Assembly: GCA_033723415.1 (NCBI GenBank)
Contig: JAWVXD010000002.1
Location: 128,001 to 192,000 of the forward strand
Reading direction: 5' to 3'
DNA: 64,000 nucleotides
Source of the DNA: Sulfurospirillaceae bacterium
GTDB lineage: Bacteria; Campylobacterota; Campylobacteria; Campylobacterales; Sulfurospirillaceae
Shown here: piece after piece, positions 62,222 through 64,000 of the stretch
Layout: each line of letters begins with the position of its first letter
How positions within the stretch are numbered: the first letter of the stretch is position 1
Program-made: the position numbers and the translations under genes
Notes under the pieces: generated by a model
The model's database searches: none
What the model was told of the DNA's origin: nothing
Seen by the model: only the letters and a program-made list of their open reading frames with translations

Positions 62222-62253
62222 CAAATTAATTGATAAATATATCAACTAATTTG
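62222..62253. promoter_or_regulatory. Putative operator of the S24 repressor
   Basis: CAAATTAATTGATAAATATATCAACTAATTTG, 14 of 16 palindromic pairs, between TATAAT (62213-62218) and the GGAGG SD. Confidence 0.62.
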
Positions 62254-62262
62254 GAGGAAACT

Positions 62263-62925
62263 ATGGATTTTACCAAGATAGCAGAAAAAATAAGAACTTA
62301 CCTACAACAAAAATTTAACACTAAGATATATGATTCAGATATAGCTCAAGCTCTAAATATATCTAAAGAGCACTACAGCAGATCCAAGAAAAGCAACAAC
62401 GTACCTCTAAAATCGATCATAGAATTTTGCGCAAAAGAAAATATAGTGATCAATTATATATTATTTGACCAATCACCGGAATCTTTAATACAAACAACAA
62501 ACAAGCTTATAACTATAAAATACTTCAAACATATAAATACTTCTGCAGGCGGTGGAGCTCTTAACGATAACGAGGATTTTGAATATTTGACCATAGATGA
62601 TGAATTAGTAGCTATGTTAGGCGGGGAAAACAGACTCAAATATATAGAAGCCGTCAACTCTATCGGAGATTCTATGGAACCAATCATCAAGGATAAAGCC
62701 GTACTTTTCATAGACAGGCAAAATACAAATTTACTCAAAGACAAAAAAGAGATATATGTTCTTAACACCCCAGCCGGAATCCTTGTAAAAAGACTCGATA
62801 TAACTGTTTCCGGAAAACTCAAGCTCATATCTGAAAATCCATCTTATGAAACAGAAATCATAGATATAGATGAAGTATCTATCATAGGAAAAGTTATCGG
62901 AGCGATACAAAATTTTGAAAACTAA
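62263..62925 (+). CDS. CI/LexA-like repressor: N-terminal HTH plus S24 autopeptidase
   Basis: DSDIAQALNISKEHYSR HTH, SAG cleavage site, GDSMEP (Ser), VKRL (Lys); ATG at 62263 follows GGAGG. Confidence 0.88.
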   Translation: MDFTKIAEKIRTYLQQKFNTKIYDSDIAQALNISKEHYSRSKKSNNVPLKSIIEFCAKENIVINYILFDQSPESLIQTTNKLITIKYFKHINTSAGGGALNDNEDFEYLTIDDELVAMLGGENRLKYIEAVNSIGDSMEPIIKDKAVLFIDRQNTNLLKDKKEIYVLNTPAGILVKRLDITVSGKLKLISENPSYETEIIDIDEVSIIGKVIGAIQNFEN

Positions 62926-62944
62926 GAAAAATACTTCACTTGTC

Positions 62945-62973
62945 TTGACATTGCTACTAATTAGTAATATAAT
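62945..62973 (+). promoter_or_regulatory. Consensus sigma70 promoter with an operator in the spacer
   Basis: TTGACA-17 bp-TATAAT; spacer contains the palindrome TACTAATTAGTA (62955-62966). Confidence 0.8.
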
Positions 62974-62991
62974 GCTTTTAGGAGTTTTTTT

Positions 62992-63444
62992 ATGAAATTA
63001 AAAAGTACGAAAAGTTATGGAGTTGTTGCAGACAAGTTGATGAGAACTTGGATGCAGATCTTTAGAAGTTACAACAAAATAAGAGCTAAAGAGACAAATT
63101 ATATACAGTCTTTCGGCTTGACCATGAATCAATTTCAGGTTTTAGAAGTACTTTATCACAGGGGCGACCTCAACATTGGCTCCATCACAAAACTCACTAT
63201 GAGTACTCCGGGAAATATTACGGTTGTCGTTAGAAATCTGAAAAGAGATGGTTATATTTCTTCTTATACCGACAGCAAGGATCAGCGAGCATCGATATTG
63301 TCTATCACTCAAAAGGGGAAAGATGTTATCGAAAAGTTGTTTCCGGGTCATGCTAAAAACTTTGAAGAGTACTTTAAAGTTTTGAATGACGATGAATTGG
63401 AAACCTTATTTAGGATATTGAGAAAGCTGCAAAAAGCACAGTAG
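62992..63444 (+). CDS. MarR family repressor (MhqR-like)
   Basis: GLTMNQFQVLEVLYHRG, GNITVVVRNL, DQR, FPGH. Confidence 0.9.
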   Translation: MKLKSTKSYGVVADKLMRTWMQIFRSYNKIRAKETNYIQSFGLTMNQFQVLEVLYHRGDLNIGSITKLTMSTPGNITVVVRNLKRDGYISSYTDSKDQRASILSITQKGKDVIEKLFPGHAKNFEEYFKVLNDDELETLFRILRKLQKAQ

Positions 63445-63459
63445 CTTTTTTTAACTATA

Positions 63460-63477
63460 AATTACTAATTAGTAATT
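63460..63477. promoter_or_regulatory. Second putative MarR operator
   Basis: Perfect 18-bp palindrome AATTACTAATTAGTAATT with the same 12-bp core as 62955-62966. Confidence 0.75.
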
Positions 63478-63494
63478 AAAAGAAAGGATTTATT

Positions 63495-63710
63495 ATGGCA
63501 CAACCGGTCAAAGTTAGTTTAGAAGCAGGCAAGAATTATTACTTCTGTACATGTGGTAAAAGTACTGATGGTGTTTTATGTAGTGGAGCACACAAAGGCT
63601 CAGAATTTACCCCGACTATATTTAGTGTAGAAGAGAGCAAGGACTACCATCTATGCGCATGCAAAAAAAGTGCTAATGTACCTTTTTGCGATGGTTCACA
63701 CAAATCATAG
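63495..63710 (+). CDS. Tandem CDGSH [2Fe-2S] (NEET/MiNT-like) protein
   Basis: CTCGKS...CSGAH and CACKKS..PFCDGSH. Confidence 0.9.
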   Translation: MAQPVKVSLEAGKNYYFCTCGKSTDGVLCSGAHKGSEFTPTIFSVEESKDYHLCACKKSANVPFCDGSHKS

Positions 63711-63733
63711 TAACTTGTGAGATTTGCAAATAA

Positions 63734-64000
63734 ATGTTCCCTTCGCTATTTATATCACACGGTTCTCCGGAACTTGCTATTAAGCAACATAAAGTGGCAG
63801 ATTTTTTAAGAAATCTGCCTACTATGATAGGGAGCAGACCAAAGTATATAATAATCGTATCTGCACACTGGGTGACAAATGGATTAAAGATATTATCCAA
63901 CGACAAGCCTGGTATTATTTATGATTTTTATGGTTTCCCTGAGAGCTTATACAAACTAAAATATCCTGCCAAAAATGATCTACAGATGGTAGAAAAAATA
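63734..64000 (+). CDS. Class III extradiol dioxygenase (LigB/YgiD/DODA type), 5' part; runs off the window edge
   Basis: Read by eye: MFPSLFISHGSP...IVSAHW...IYDFYGFPESLYKLKYPA. Confidence 0.87.
   Translation, partial: MFPSLFISHGSPELAIKQHKVADFLRNLPTMIGSRPKYIIIVSAHWVTNGLKILSNDKPGIIYDFYGFPESLYKLKYPAKNDLQMVEKI

Noticed and set aside
62263..62925. Prophage suggested by the CI-like repressor
   Set aside because: No integrase, Cro, replication or structural genes nearby; the flanking genes are cellular.

Overview
AT-rich chromosomal window from a free-living Campylobacterota (epsilonproteobacterium; Sulfurospirillum-like by gene content, which is inference). It contains: the 5' part of pflA; the epsilon-type complex I operon (nuoABCD-X-Y-GHIJKLMN, no NADH-binding NuoF); fatty-acid uptake genes (fadL/fadD); nfo; a polar amino-acid ABC transporter; a PlcP-like phosphoesterase/patatin pair divergent from PIN-PhoH; three two-component systems; pyrC; SulP; a RimK cluster; a TetR-TolC-MFP-RND-rhodanese operon; rubrerythrin/DPSL; glnB-amt; an orphan M.NlaIII/M.HpyI-like DNA methyltransferase; an Mce/Mla transporter; msrA; and a MarR-CDGSH-dioxygenase operon. 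I saw no rRNA, tRNA, CRISPR array or transposase. The most notable signals are: (1) dinB divergent from a CI/LexA-like S24 autocleaving repressor with a 32-bp operator-like palindrome, a candidate SOS-like mutagenesis switch in a phylum whose model species lack LexA; (2) a 116-bp structured insertion between nuoB and nuoC, flanked by a 9-bp duplication, encoding a 38-codon ORF that preserves TAATG translational coupling at both ends; (3) several regulator boxes readable from the sequence (DccR-like, Pho-like, MarR, TetR, and a 17-bp motif at nitrogen genes next to a binding protein-kinase-regulator triad); (4) at least five apparently leaderless genes. All family assignments come from motif recognition, not database searches.
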